A stretch of 64,000 nucleotides of DNA from Azolla caroliniana (Eukaryota; Plantae; Polypodiophyta): positions 8,990,001 through 9,054,000 of the forward strand of contig JBHGNT010000022.1 in the NCBI GenBank assembly GCA_043228905.1. Reading direction: 5' to 3'. Both the position numbers and the translations under genes were made by a program. Shown in pieces: positions 25,990-40,500 of this stretch (within the stretch, counting starts at the first letter, position 1; each line of letters begins with the position of its first letter). Below the pieces are notes generated by a model. That model did no database searches, was not told where the DNA came from, and saw only the letters and a program-made list of their open reading frames with translations.

Positions 25990-26925
25990 ATAAGGAGTTA
26001 AACCCACCACCTCCTATCGAGTTATGCACTGGGAAACATGTGTTCGGCATATAGAGATATTGGTGTTACAGATACATTACAAAAGTCAAGAATATGCCAA
26101 ATTATAGATGATCACATATTGCTTGGAATGTTGGATGTAAATTAAGAAAGAATCACAAGAGCAAAATTCTCTCATATGGTTGGGCAAATGACATAAAAAA
26201 TTGGTTCAAAAGATGGGACGTGGAAGATCTCCTAAAGCTTTCATGTGATGCTACGAATTATGTAATTCTTGAGGAAAGATTAATGGACCCACTAAGGAAG
26301 AAGAGAAAATATACTAAAAGGACAAAATTAGAATATTACATTGCAAATATCAATCCAGAATGTTTTGGTTCTATGTAAGCTAAGAAGACTTGTTGATCCT
26401 TTTCAACCTTATCTCATTACTAACACGAGAACTAACTAAGGTAAGAAGGTCTATTGATCGTTTTCAACCTTATCTCATTACTAACACAAGAGCTAACTAA
26501 GGTAAGAAGGTCTATTGATCGTTTTCAACCTTACCTCGTTACTAACACGAGTATTAACTCTCGTGAAGCCCTAATACCTCGCCACACTCAATCACACAAC
26601 CTATGCTTTAAGTTGCATTATGGAATCAAATCAGCCAACTACAAAGGCATGTGAGGTATGCAAGGAAGGGCAAGTAGAGGATGAATATCACTTACTTTTT
26701 ACATGCTCTGCATATAGTGCAATTCGTGAAAGCTATTAAGAAGGGTGATTACTTAAGTGTCACGCTAAAGAGAACCACCTAGAAGGTTGAGCTCACATGT
26801 GTATGCTGCCTTGCTCACACATTGAGACTTGGTGCTTCAAAGTATGAATATTCTTTCTTAGGATGGTACTTGGGTCCTATGGGTCAATATTGGCCTCTCC
26901 ATGGACACTATAAATATCTATTTAT
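25990..26925 (+). mobile_element. 5'-truncated LINE 3' fragment
   Basis: CEVCKEGQVEDEYHLLFTCSAYSAIRESY (26651-26737) is the ORF2 C-terminal CCHC zinc finger. Contains an internal duplication of about 62 bp at 26394-26550. Confidence 0.75.
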
Positions 26926-27329
26926 CATACCCCCATCACCTCCACCACCACTTTTGTCTCAATAGACAATCTATTAACGAAATAATTTGATGGGAAAAAT
27001 ACTAGAGAGTTCCAGAATACTAGATATCAATAAACGTGTTTCAACATCGTGAATATTTGGCTCGCATATGTTCCCTATTTCGATCTCAATTCATGATATG
27101 AAGTATCAATTATGTGTTTATGATGCTTTCAAGGACGCGTACTCCTGAATTGTCCAATATCCCTGCCAAACAAAATCTATCTCCTACTCAATTTGAAACA
27201 CTCTCATGTTATTTTCCCTTCCAACATAGGTTTTTTGTAATTTCTCCCAAATATCCTTCACATTTTGAATTCCATCAACAGTGGTGTCCTTTCTTCTCAT
27301 GTATTGACATGATTATATAAAGGCAAGTC

Positions 27330-28165
27330 TAATTAACAACTATCAATTGATGTAGCATGAAGCAATATTTTGGAACCTCATCTAAAACCCTTCCTTTCCC
27401 TTTTAACAAGTGTCAACCAATGTAGTCTCCTATAGTATTTTAGAGCCTCATTTAAAACCCTTCTTTCCCTTTTCAGACTCGATTAAACAACAATGGTATT
27501 GAAGGCAAGCCCTTCTTCTTAAGTAATGACATGCTTAGGCATAGATTAGTCTTAATCAACAAGTGCTAGTTGATGTAGCCTCCTATAATATTTGGGACCT
27601 CATTTAAAATCCTTCTTTGCCCCCTTAATTCAAGGACAATGGGTAGCAGAGGTGAGCCCTTCTTCTTAAGAAATAGCATGAGCAGGTCGAGACAAATCTT
27701 AATTAACAAGCGTCAATTGATGTAACAACATGAAATATTTTGGAACCTCAGTTAAAACCCTTACTTTCTTTTTCGAGCCTTAGTTAAACGACAACAACAG
27801 TGAAGGCGACCCCCTTCTTCTCGAGTCATTCATAACAAAACGTTGTTATTAGTTCAAGATCAGTCTTCATTCAACAAGCGTGGATTCTATTGATGTAGCC
27901 TCATGTCGTGTCATGGAGCCTTAATTTAAAACACTTATTTTTTACTTTTCAAGCCTTAATTAAACGGCAGTTGTGTCTGAAGCAAGTAAGCCATGGTTAA
28001 GTAATGGCATGATTAGGGCGAGGTTAGTCTTAATTAGCAAGTGGTCATGGCGTGATTAGGTGGAGATCAGTCTTAAATTTTAATTAACAAGTGTCTGGTC
28101 TCATTGCGTGGCCTTCTCTCCCCAAGTATGTACATACATATTTTGGAACCTCATTTAAAACCCCT
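27330..28165. repeat. Degenerate tandem array, about 150-bp unit, 5-6 copies, upstream of CPSF160
   Basis: Recurrent aattaacaag..tgatgtagc..ttttggaacctcatttaaaaccc near 27331, 27405, 27554, 27701, 27870 and 28139. Confidence 0.65.
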
Positions 28166-28556
28166 TCTTTTTTCTTCTGTGTAGAAACAGAAGAAACAGA
28201 AGAAGAAGAATCTGCAGAAGAAGAACTGAAGGAGAATGTGCAGACGAAGAAGAATGTGCAGAAGAAGAAGAATTTGTTGAAGAAGAAGGAGAAGAAGGAA
28301 GAATTTATTGAAGAAGAAGACGAATGTGAAGCAGCAGCAGCAGCGGCAGAAGAAGAATCTGTTGACCAAGAAGACACAAGAAGAAGGAAGAAAAGGTTTT
28401 GTTTCTCTGCAGATATCATGAGCTGAGGAGGAGGAGGAGGAGGAGAACAAGAAGAAGAAGAAAGAGAAGAGAAGAAGAAGAAGAGAAAAGAGCTAAGCAA
28501 AAGGAAGACCGTGCCTTATCTGCAGAGAGAGAAAGAGATTTGGATTGAGAGAGACG

Positions 28557-31500
28557 ATGAGCTATGCTGCGTACAAGCTCTCCCATGCTCCCACAGGTGT
28601 GGAGAACTGTTGTTCAGCCTTCCTCACCCATAATCCTTCCCCTACCCCTTCCACCACTGCGCCTGCTCCTGCTCCCCCTCCTATAACCTCCATCTCCAGC
28701 GACATTGCTGTCGAAGATGGAATCCTTGGTACCACGAACACACCTGCACTCCCGCTCCTTCCAAATCTCATCATCAGCAAAGGAAACGTTCTCGAAGTCT
28801 ACCGTGTCAGAATGGAAGAAGCAGACGAGAAGGGCAGCGGTAAATCTTTATCTTCATCGTCTGCTTCAGTCTCTTCTGTTAGTGCAGGATCTGCTCCTCC
28901 TTCTGCTGCTCGCCGTGGTGGTGTTATGGATGGAGTCTCTTCAGCTTGGCTTGAGCTAGTCTGTAGCCACAAGTAAGAAATTTGTATGCCAGCCTAGTAA
29001 AGCAGATATAGTGCACATTTTCTGTGTGAGTTCTTGCGATACAGGGAACTTTACGAAATGCACTATAGGGGATACTTTGACTTATTTACTGATTGTTCTA
29101 GATGTGAAAAGACAGTAAACCTGTGAGCAGAAACTTTGGTGAAGAAGAGATTGTTAACTGGGCTTCATATCTGTGTTTCTACTTTGTTTTAGGGAGCCTT
29201 AGGAGTGGTTTGAGCATTTTATCTGCAGTGACACTTAAAACCCTATACCAGAAAGCATATTTAGTTAGTTAGAATTAGTGCACATTTCTAAATAGGAAGC
29301 TTTCAAAAGTGTATGTCAAGTAGGAACACTAAATCAGCGATGAAAATTCTGAAGAAGAAAGAGTTATGCCATTCATAAATATGGGAAATGCTAGTGTTTC
29401 TACATTGCAGGTAGTTTTGGTAGTTTGATAGGTTTAATAACTGTTCTAGCTGTAAAAAAACCTTATAAATAAAAGATTCTGAAATTGTTAGCCGAAATTT
29501 TAGAGAAGAAAGATCAGTGGCATTCATAGGTATGGAAAATTTCTGTTTTTCTTTGCTGCATGGAGTTTTAGGAGTGAATTAGAAGTAAGAAAATCTGAAT
29601 CAGACAATGTAGCTTCTCTAGCTGTGAAATATTCCAAAACTGGAGAGCAATATCTCTGAGAAGAAAAGATAAGAGCCATGTCAGGTGTAGATGTGATGAA
29701 TTTGTGCATTATAGACAGCTTTAGGCGTTTATCTACAAATAAAAAATCCTAAACCAGCAGCCTAATGTTTTTGAGAAGCACTTATAAATAAGGAGAATTT
29801 CTGTCTTTCTGCATTTATGGAGCTTTGGGGGCGCACAAGTAAGAAATCCTGAACCAGCAAATAAAAAATTCTAAAGAAGAAAATGTTATGCCATTCATTG
29901 TTTCATAGACACACAATTTCTGTATGATTGCCAGCTTTAGGAAGTGTTCCACTGAAACATTGATAGACTTATGAAACTTTTCTAGCACAGAACCATGCCT
30001 GTAATTAGTCAGGAAATTGTATAGCTATTCGTAGCTTTCAAATAATTTTATAAGAAAAGAAAACCACTTTATGATATTCCTATGCACAGCAAGATGTCTG
30101 TGATTCTGTATTGTAGGCTCATTTAATGAGTTCATTGGTGGAATTAATACCAAATTTATTTTCTTTATTGGTTCATTATTGGAGGAAACTCACTGTAAAA
30201 ATGCTACCGATAGGAGAACCTTATATTGTGGACTGTTTTCATGTTTCTGATCATGCAATCACTCTTTTTCAATCCTGATTGAAGATTACATGGAAATGTC
30301 GAGAGCATGGCAGTTTTATCTCACGGTAGAGATGGCAGTCGCAAACAAAGAGATGCTATTATCTTAGCCTTTCGTGATGCAAAAATGAGCGTACTGGAGT
30401 TTGATGATTCGACACACAGTTTGCATACAAGGTGAGTATGATTAAAATGCAGGACTTTGCTGAGCATGGTGACTTCCATGAATATAACTTATTCATACTT
30501 TTCTTTCCATTGTAGCTCTATGCATTATTTTGAGGGCCCTGATTGGCAACATTTGAAAAGAGGAGCAGAGAAGTTTCCAAAGGGTCCTTTGGTGCGTGCT
30601 GATCCCCAAGGAAGGTGTGCTGGTGTACTTGTCTATAATTCACAGATTATAATGCTAAAAGCAGCACAGGTATGCTGATGTAACTTTTCAAACTTTGTAT
30701 TGAACTTGTTAACATATAATGCTACTAGCTACATTGTTTTAAACCTCCAAACATAGCTTTGGCTGCTCAAGGAACCACAAGCTTAGCCGCCAAACGTGCA
30801 AGAAAAAGAGAAGAAAATCTTCTATGTGGAAATTTCCATGTGTATAGTGATTGCTAAAAGGCATAAAAAACCTCTCTGATTCTTTTCATATGTCCTATTT
30901 TAACATTCCTTTGTACAGTTTGCACCTATGCCAAAGCAATACAAGAGATTTTTGACAGTCATTGTATCTTTAAACTTAATTTTCTATCTACTAATTTTAT
31001 TACATGCTATGCTGGTTTTGGCAAGATGAAATCATTGAAACTACAATTGATATTGTGAATACAAATCCTTGAATTATTATGGCATAGACTGTTGATCATC
31101 TCTAGTTGTATATAACCATATATGTACGTATACACATTTGTGAAGCACATGCTCTCAAAGGTAGTTTTTGAAATCCCTTTTTCTAATTTAGTCCTATGCT
31201 TCATCGAGGTTGAGTTTGCTCATACGCTCTGTGGAATTGAGAAAAACTTTGTGCATTGGTAACTAATCAGCATTAATTTATATGATGATTGAGGGCTAAT
31301 TGCTAATTGCACAATCACATCATGTAACAGACCTTCATCGAGGAAGGAATGTAATTGCCTTGGGTATTTATTTGTGTAGCATGTAGTATGTGCAATGTCC
31401 AAAAGAATACAAAAAATTTGTTGAAGTTCTTATGTCATTGATATGTAAAACATGTTGTGACTGCATATATATGTATTTGAAGAAAAGGTATTTGTGAGGC

Positions 31501-34500
31501 TTATAACAAATACTAGAGGCTTGCTAATGGGGGTAAAAAACATGTGATTTTAATGGTTCAGGAAGGTCATGGCCTTGGTGAAGAAGAAGAGGGAGCTGAG
31601 CCATCGGGTACCTTATCTGCGCATGTGAAGTCCTCATATGTGGTGAGCATGCGAGAATTGGATGTGATGCACATAAAGGATTTTACATTCCTACATGGCA
31701 AGTTTGACACGAAAGAACCTGTTTCCAGTTTTCTGTGTTGCAATTAGCTACATTTTTTAGTCCATAAAATTAAAATGTAGCCTGAATAGCTTTTAGTACG
31801 GAAGGGACTCAATTAAATAAAGCCTATTGTTTTTGCAGCCTTGGGTCTTGAAAGTTCTACATAAAGAGAAAACAAGCTTATTATAACTGTGCTGCTTTCT
31901 GCAGGGTATATTGAACCAGTTTTGCTAGTGCTTCATGAAAAAGATCCCACCTGGGCTGGACGTGCAGCAGTAAAGAAACATACTTGTATGGTCACTGCAT
32001 TAAGCATTAACACCACTATGAAGCAACACCCTTTGATTTGGTCTGCAGCTGTATGTTTGCAAACTTCCACACCTTTTTCTGGTTTCCTTGGTATCTGGAA
32101 TATGCAACTTGTGATTGTAGCCTCTTTGCCTGGCAGAATCTTCCTTATGATGCATACATGCTTCTAGCAGTTCCTTCTCCCATTGGTGGCGTCATCGTCG
32201 TTGCAGCAAACAGCATTCATTACCACAGTCAGGTTGCATTGCTGTGGATAATAACATTCCAGTGTTTTTTTTTCAAATAGATAGTTCTCTAAGTTGGTTG
32301 CAAATTCTTCAGTCTACAACATGCTCGCTTGCGTTGAATGAGTTTGCTACTTCACCAGAAGGCAGGTATTATTTCTAGATTATAGCTTACATTGATTTTG
32401 ATATAAAGTGTATGATTTGCCTGGCCACTTTATGTTGCATGAATTGTGTAATTTTCCCTGGTTTTCTGATAGTATTGAAAGAAGCATCTGCTTTCTGTTC
32501 ATGGTTTTTGGATTGTGCTAAAAGAAGTGTTTGCTTTAGAGATGCCAAAATGGTTGTACAAATGTTAGTGTATAACCAAGGTGAATGATAATGAACTTGA
32601 ACTTCTTAGTATAATACATGATAATTAGAAATGAGCCAATGTGGACATTTCTGGAGCGCCTATGTTTGTCTTTCTTTTATGGAAAATGTTAACCTTTATC
32701 ATTCACTTTCTCATCATCATAGACTGATTGGCAGTGGTCATTAATGTCAAAAACCAATATAAAGTATTTTACACATTCTAAGAAAAGCCTGTTCAAGGGT
32801 TCTATGTAGGTTTCTACAAGCATTAATTCTAGCTTTGGTTCTAGTTCTAAGATAGGGCAACAATCAATGTGATGCATGGAAGTTGATTACACGTGCTTTC
32901 TTTTTGAGAGAGCTTGTTATTCGCTGAGACAATGCATTAATGTTTGATTGATCAGTTCTGAATATTGTTTCTGATGGTTGTTTGAGAGTGAGACTGTTTT
33001 GATTCCTGTTTGTAAGACATGTTATGTTGCAAGTAAAACATTTATTAAGACTTTATATATTGGGTTCGCATCTGATAGCAACATAATGCATACCATTGAG
33101 AGCGTGAATAAAATTAACAAACAATCAGCTAATCAATCAGGTCTGCCTATAGTAAATATTAGATGCATATATCTATATACAGCTGTTCCTCACATGTTTA
33201 TGGTATTTTTATGGATGGCCATCTCAGTTTCCCAAGTGAGGGCTCTAAAGTTAAAACAAAAAAGCTTTATGGTGATCATTTTTAATGGGATTCTCTTTGT
33301 GCACCTCATCATTCATAAAATGTTTATGCGGTTAAGAGTTATGGGTAATTTGGGCTATACAATTAATGGACTTTTGGCATACTGGTAATTCAAGGTTTTG
33401 GAAGTGATGCATATGCTAATCTTATGTGCTTTGTTTGCATGTATCAGTGGAGAAATGCCAAAGTCCCAAATTACAATCGAGCTAGATTCAGCACGGGCAA
33501 CATGGATATCACCTGATGTTGCCTTGTTCTCAACTAAAACAGGAACGTTGCTACTTCTCTCCCTCATATACGATGGCAGGTAAGTAATTATCATGCCTGT
33601 TGTGAGTAATATAATCTACATGGGGTGCTTATCATGGAAATTCTTTCTAATACCTCTACGTGTCTGTTCTGTGTATTATGTTTAGTTATACAAATGACTA
33701 ACCCTCATATCTTTTTGGTACAGAGCTGTTCAAAAACTTGAGCTCATGAAGTCTAGAGCATCAGTACTTACTTCAGTAAGTGGAATGTTTTAACAAAAGC
33801 AATAATATGATGTGTTCGTGAGGATTTCTGATGTTTTTTTGTGCTACTCTGAAGTGCATTAGCATGCTTGGAGACATGTTTTTCTTCTTGGGTAGCCGTC
33901 TTGGTGATAGCTTATTTGTTCAATTTACTTGTGGCTCGACAGCTGAGGTGATATTTTGTTTCTCTGGTGATGGTTAACTGCTAGATAATGAAGTTAGAGA
34001 TTCTCTATCATATCCTAAATGATTTTATGGGTTTTGCTAGCAAGCGGATGCTGAAGGTGATGCAGTAATGCCTCCAGCTAAGCGGTTACATCGGTCTTCT
34101 GTGGAGGATTCACATGATGGCATTGCTGTGGAGGAGTTATCATTATACCAGTCTTATTCAGCAAATACAGAGTTGTTGGTAAGCATGCGTTAAAACTTGT
34201 AGCCAATTCTTTTTGTGCTATATCAGTGGTCTGTTCTCATTTGTAATATATATGTCTGCAGCAGAGAAATTTCAACTTTCTAGTTCGAGACTCATTTGTC
34301 AACATTGGTCCTTTGAGGGATTTTGCACATGGCTTGCGCATGAATGCAGATCCAAATGCCTCAGGTGCTGCCAAACGGAGTAATTATGAGCTGGTAGGGC
34401 AACTGAAAATATAGTTTTCAAACATGCATGGTTATATTCCAACTCATCTTGGGTTTTTTTTTATTACTTTGTGAGGTTTGAAATCTTGATCTTTATGCTT

Positions 34501-37500
34501 TTTTATCAGAGGTTCCACCAAAATAACTCAGCTCTATCTTCGTAAATGACCATTATAATGGCTATAACGTAGCAGTCACTGGGATATGCTTCTCATGATT
34601 ACACATGTTCAAGCTGTTTAGCTGTGGGAGTTGAGTGTAGACAGATGTGTTTTTTTGTTACTCTCATTGATGAGTCAACATAGGCTATTGTAGTCCTTGT
34701 TAGGTTTCATAGTCCATAATTAAATGGTCTTTTGGAGATAAGAAACAATGGCCACTTGGATTTGTTATGGAATAAGAAAGCCAAAATCGAAGGCCTTAAA
34801 TACATGGCTTTTTCAGACCAAAGATCTTCTTGTGCATCTTCTCATGTCAGCACACATCGACTCATTTAGTCTAATAGTATTCCGTTAGGCATCTAAAATC
34901 GTAGCACTGAACTGTGGATATTTACACATGCGTAAGCACATGGCCACTACTGGAAGTAAGAAGTCCATGCATGTGTGTTTGACACCACAGTAAAGAATCC
35001 AGAACGTCTGAATTCTTTAATGAACCTGAGAAATTGTTTTTGCAAGAGTATTCAAGCTAGGCTTTGGCTGTATTTTGTATGCGAATTCATAAATTGATGT
35101 CACTATATGTGTAAAATTGAAAGCATTAATATCTAGAAATATTCTTAGTGGAATTTGGATGGGGAAACTAATAGTAAAATCCATATCAGGACATTTATAT
35201 ATCAATGAAACAAGCATACTCTCTAATATCTAGGTATAGATTTGCTTATATTATCAGTTATGCATCACCAATATGTTAGACTAAAATGATCTTTTTCGCA
35301 ATGTAAAAGGTATGCTGCTCTGGCCATGGGAAAAATGGTGCTCTGTCTATTCTACATCAATCTATACGGCCGGATTTTATTACGGAGGTATACTTCAGAT
35401 CCTTGATCATATATCTACTTTCGTGTTTCGATTGAAAAAATAATTATTCAGCATTAATATCATTCGAGTCCTGACAATTTTTTTTATGCAAGTTGAATAT
35501 CACACAACACAAACTGGCTTGTAATTTTTGCTGGAAGTGTCAATTTATTTCGTTGCGGTGAATGAGGCGAAGTTGTAATTACTCTTTTGATGCTTCGTGA
35601 AGATGCCCCTTTTATCTTTATTCCTTTAGTTAATTGAAACATTTCCTTCAAGGAGTTAGCTGAATTGTGTAACTTAGATTCCATTCTTTCATTTGCTAAA
35701 CCTCTGTATAGTGCCCACATGAACTTGAACTGAAAGGGTATTGTAATTTATTCTTGTAGTTCTATTTTTGCAGGTTGAACTTCCTGGTTGCAAGGGGATT
35801 TGGACAGTTTATTATAAAGGAGCAAGGAGTCAAATGTCAGATACAACTGGCATGGGAGTGAATGGAGACGAAGAATTTCATGCATATCTTATAATCAGCT
35901 TAGAAACTAGGACAATGGTAATTTCTCCTTTGATGGATTGGCAAGGTGTTACATCTCAGTTATTGGACATTTGTTACGTAGTGGAATTATAGAGTGCTAC
36001 TTATTATTCTTTAGTGCTATATTTTTATTTATTAAAACGTACATCTCTAAGTTATGGTATGATGATTTCAAGACTGAGATGAGAAATATAACCTGCTCCA
36101 GGTTCAATAGTGCTACTAAGTGATTGCTATTGCATGGGGGCAACGCCATCAGCAGCTCCACCCCCACAATGGGGTACAGTAAGAAAGAAGAGCAAAGAAG
36201 AGAAGTCATGTCATGATGAGATGAAAAGTCTAAGAGAAATGCATCCATTACATAGTCTTCACTTTAAAAAATGGGACATCTAGAGCCTTAACTACTCTAA
36301 AACTATGTGCAATAGAACTCCTAGTACCTAGGTAAATAAAGTCTTCCTAGTTACAAAATGTCCAAACTTCAGTGTGCGACTTGGTCAGATAGATGTAAGC
36401 ATCACTGCTGAGAATGTTGATGCATGCTATAACAATGTGTTCAAATATTACTTCTTTATTTAATGGATGGAAACGTTCTGATTTGGAAAATTTGCATGAA
36501 TCTATACATCTCCATCTGCACCTTTTCACAAGTGTTTGTGCTTATCTAATTTTAAGATTATGTTCATGTTGATGCAAACAAAGTGTCAGAACGTTTCTTC
36601 CAAGGCAGTATGGTGGTTCTGGTTTATCTGAAGTTTTAATATTTTTATAGGTTCTAGAAACGGGAGAAACACTTGGAGAGGTGACAGAAACTGTTGATTA
36701 TTTCACAGAGGGAGCCACAATTGTGGCTGGCAATCTATTTTGCAGGTACATTCTGTTTTTCTTGCTTTCTCTATGTAATGTCCATCAAAGATACAAATTT
36801 GAACTTTGAATGTTAATGTAAAGGCCATTTTTCTATCTTGTGCAACATCCTTTCACGTTTCTATAGTCGCATACATATTGTCAATATAATACATAAATTC
36901 TTCATATATCTAATTCACCCTTTTTTAAAACTTATTTAATAAATGTGGACATGCAGGCGGAGGGTTGTGCAAGTGTACTCGAGGGGTGTCCGACTACTGG
37001 ATGGAGCATATATGACACAGGAGCTTCGTATTGAAGCAGCTTCATCTAAAGGGGACACCAATTCTAAATCCGAAATGGTCTCTGTGGCATATGCTTCAAT
37101 TATAGATCCATATGTGCTCCTAAAGATGACAGATGGGACGTTGCAGCTAGTAACTGGAGGTAGAAACATGCTGAATAATTCTATATGCTAGTTTAAGAGA
37201 TGATTCATTGGTTGTTAATCTTGTCTTGCAGATCCAACGAGTTGCAACATATCTGTCTCTGCTCCTCAGATGTTTCAGACCATGGGAGACCCTATTGTTG
37301 CCTGTTCTCTTTATCATGATAGAGGACCATCCCCATGGCTTCGGAGAACAAGTATGGATGCATGGCTGGCACCATCTTTTGATCCAGTTGATATTAGTGA
37401 TGGCCTTGATACTAATCAAGGTGACATCTATTGTGTGGTTTGTAAGCAAAGTGGACGATTGGAGCTATATGAGCTTCCGAATTTAATATGTGTCTTTTCG

Positions 37501-40500
37501 GTGAACAATTTTACGCATGGAAATAATTTTCTTTATGACACCAAAGCTCTACCCAAGATTGATGTAACTTTGCAAGGTGGTGAGCTTCAGGATACTACAA
37601 AGCATGAAAAAAGTGCGTCACTTCATGTCACTGAATTATGTATGGAAAAATGGAGTGATAAATTTGGGAGACCATTTCTACTGGCAATTTTAAGTGATGG
37701 CACCTTTCTTTGCTATCATGCATATTTGTATGAAGGGGTTGATAACAGCTCTGTTGATGAGAGTGAACTTCCAGAAGTGGGTGCTTTAGGTGCAATAACA
37801 TCACGATTGAAGAATTTACGGTTTATACGGCTTCCGTTAGATCGTGCATCAAGCGAAGAAGAAATTGCATCACTCAAACCAAATATTGTCCCATTCAGGA
37901 ATGTTGGTGGGCTTCGGGGTGCATATGTGACAGGTTCTAGACCTGTATGGCTGATGAATTTCAGAGAAAGATTACAAGTTCATCCTCAGGTATAATTTGC
38001 TTTGGAAATATCTTTCTTTGTGCTAGAACTGTATATGCAAGTGTTAATGCACATCTATAATGTAGTTGTTTAACAAACCAATTTTTTTTCCTATAACTGT
38101 ATATGCAAATGTTAATGTACATCTGTCCTGTAATTGCAGCTATGTGATGGGCCAATTGTTGCATTTACACCACTTCACAACATCAACTGCAATCATGGAA
38201 TTATTTATGTCACAGCACAGGTTTTGTGAGTTGAGTCAGGGTTACTAAAGCATTGAAATATAAATCTCCTTTTGTAGTAAAAATCTCCCTTATAAATTCT
38301 TGTAGGGTATACTAAAAATCTGTCAGCTGCCATCTATGAACTACGATAATGATTGGGCAACTTACAAGGTATTACTATTTAAGGGCTTCTTTGTTGGCCT
38401 GTCCCATATCCAAATATTCTTCAATAACACATAAATGTCTCTGATCAATCTTAAATATTTCCAGGTTCCCTTGAAAGGGTCTCCTCATCAATTAGCATAT
38501 CACGCTGATGCTAATCTTTATGCTGTAATTGTTTCCTCACAGGTGAGTTTGTTTCTGATTTATATATGATTATATGTATGTTCAATATGGCAGTATTTTG
38601 GGATGTGTCACTCTCTTTTCGCGCATCTTTTGTGAGCTTGTTTCTAACTTATAGGTAATTGTTTCTAAGTTTTGTATGAGAGTATTTTATAATGCGCAGC
38701 ACTGTCTTATATTTGATTCCTTCTAAGTTTTGCTTATATTCTAATAATTGTCCTCAAAGATTGGGAGAAAACAAATGTCTACCAATGATTACTGTTGTTT
38801 TGTTGTTTCTTTCATACTTTCAAATACTGCCACATCGCTTTTGATAACGTGCATCTTTGATCATTGAGAATCTATTTAATTCTGTAAGGAATATGTGAAT
38901 GTTGACAGGTTCAAGTACCAGCTTCACAAATCATTGAGTCTGCTGACCAAGGAACTGCATTTATCTCTGACTTAGAGAATGAAGATGGACAACGGATAGT
39001 GAATCTAGAAGAATTCGAAGTGCGCATTATCGAGGCAGGGAAGACAGGAACTGTTTGGGATACTAAGACTGTGATACCTATGCAAATGACAGAACATGCA
39101 TTGACCATACGCATTGTGAATTTAAAGAAGGTAGTCTGTTTAATCTGATGTTTGTTGCTGAAATGAAATATTATACATCTCGTTAATCAAATTCTACTTG
39201 TGAAACTAGTTGTATCTTATAGGATATATTAGATATACAAATTTGCAAATAAAGATTCTCCTGACATTTGACTTAAAAAATTGAAAAGTCAACCTCAAGA
39301 TTTGTGCAAGAATATTTTATCATCTACCTAATTGAATTTGTATATACTCATTAGTCTCGTGCTCTTCTTGCTTGAACTGTACGTCTCTCTCTCTCTCTCA
39401 CACACACACACACTCACACTCTCTTTCTCTCTCTCTTACACATGCACGCAGCCCCAGCCCCAGTCCCAGCCGCACCCACGCATACATTCATTCACTCTTT
39501 TTGAAGCCATTAACTTGTAACCCCAGACTAATCAGGTCTTAGAAATCTTATATATAGATGTTTAAATATATTGATTTTTTTCATCTTATAGGGAGCAGAT
39601 CAGATGCAAACGTTGCTTGCAATAGGGACAGGATTTGTTCAAGGAGAAGATGTTCCTGCACGTGGCCGAATCATTTTAATTTCTCTCGGGCAGGATCAGA
39701 GTGACACAGGGCGCCTGGTAAAGGCTGAACTTACTTCAAACGCTTGATGTCGGAGAGTTTAGAAGTTTAGATCTCATCTTCATAGCTGTCTTGCAGGCTA
39801 CAGAAGTTTTTTCGAAGGAATATAAAGGAGCAATTTCTGCTATAGCTTCCCTTCAAGGCCATCTCCTTGTTGCTATAGGCACTAAAATTATTCTTCACAG
39901 TTGGAGTGGAACTGAACTTGTTGGAGCTGCATTTTATGATGGACCACTATATGTCGTCAGCATTAACATTGTATATCATCGTGCTATAGCGGCACAGCTT
40001 TAGTTTCATTCTTTGTATAATGTTGAAGTGAATAAATGTTCCTTGCCAATTAACTGCTGATTGTTTTTCAGGTGAAGAATTTTGTACTATTTGGTGATAT
40101 TCATAAGAGCATATATTTCCTTTGTTGGAAAGAGGAGGGAGCACAGCTGGCTCTGCTTGCTAAAGATTTTGGAACTTTAGACTGTTATGCGACGGAATTC
40201 CTAATAGATGGGACAACCCTCAGTCTCTTAGTTTCAGATAGTAGGAAGAATATAAAGGTGACCTGTCTAGTTGTTCAGTCTCAGATATTTTACCTTGTTT
40301 AGAAGCTGTTGGAAAGTTTAATTGTTTTGGATTCTCTTTACCTGCAAACAAGCCTTCTTAATTTTTCGAAGCATAAATTTGAAGGAAAACACCAAAAGGC
40401 CCTTAACTGATTGGATATCTACCAGAATAACATGAAATTTCAAAAATGACCAAAATACCCCCGTATACTGCAAAATCTACATCTGGAGGGTGCTATTCTG

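Noticed and set aside
28091-28426. 111-aa acidic/basic ORF upstream of CPSF160
   Set aside because: GTG start and GAA low complexity; no recognisable domain.
39971-40071. Possible U12-type intron (donor GTATATC)
   Set aside because: Does not match the U12 consensus RTATCCTT; treated as ordinary GT-AG.
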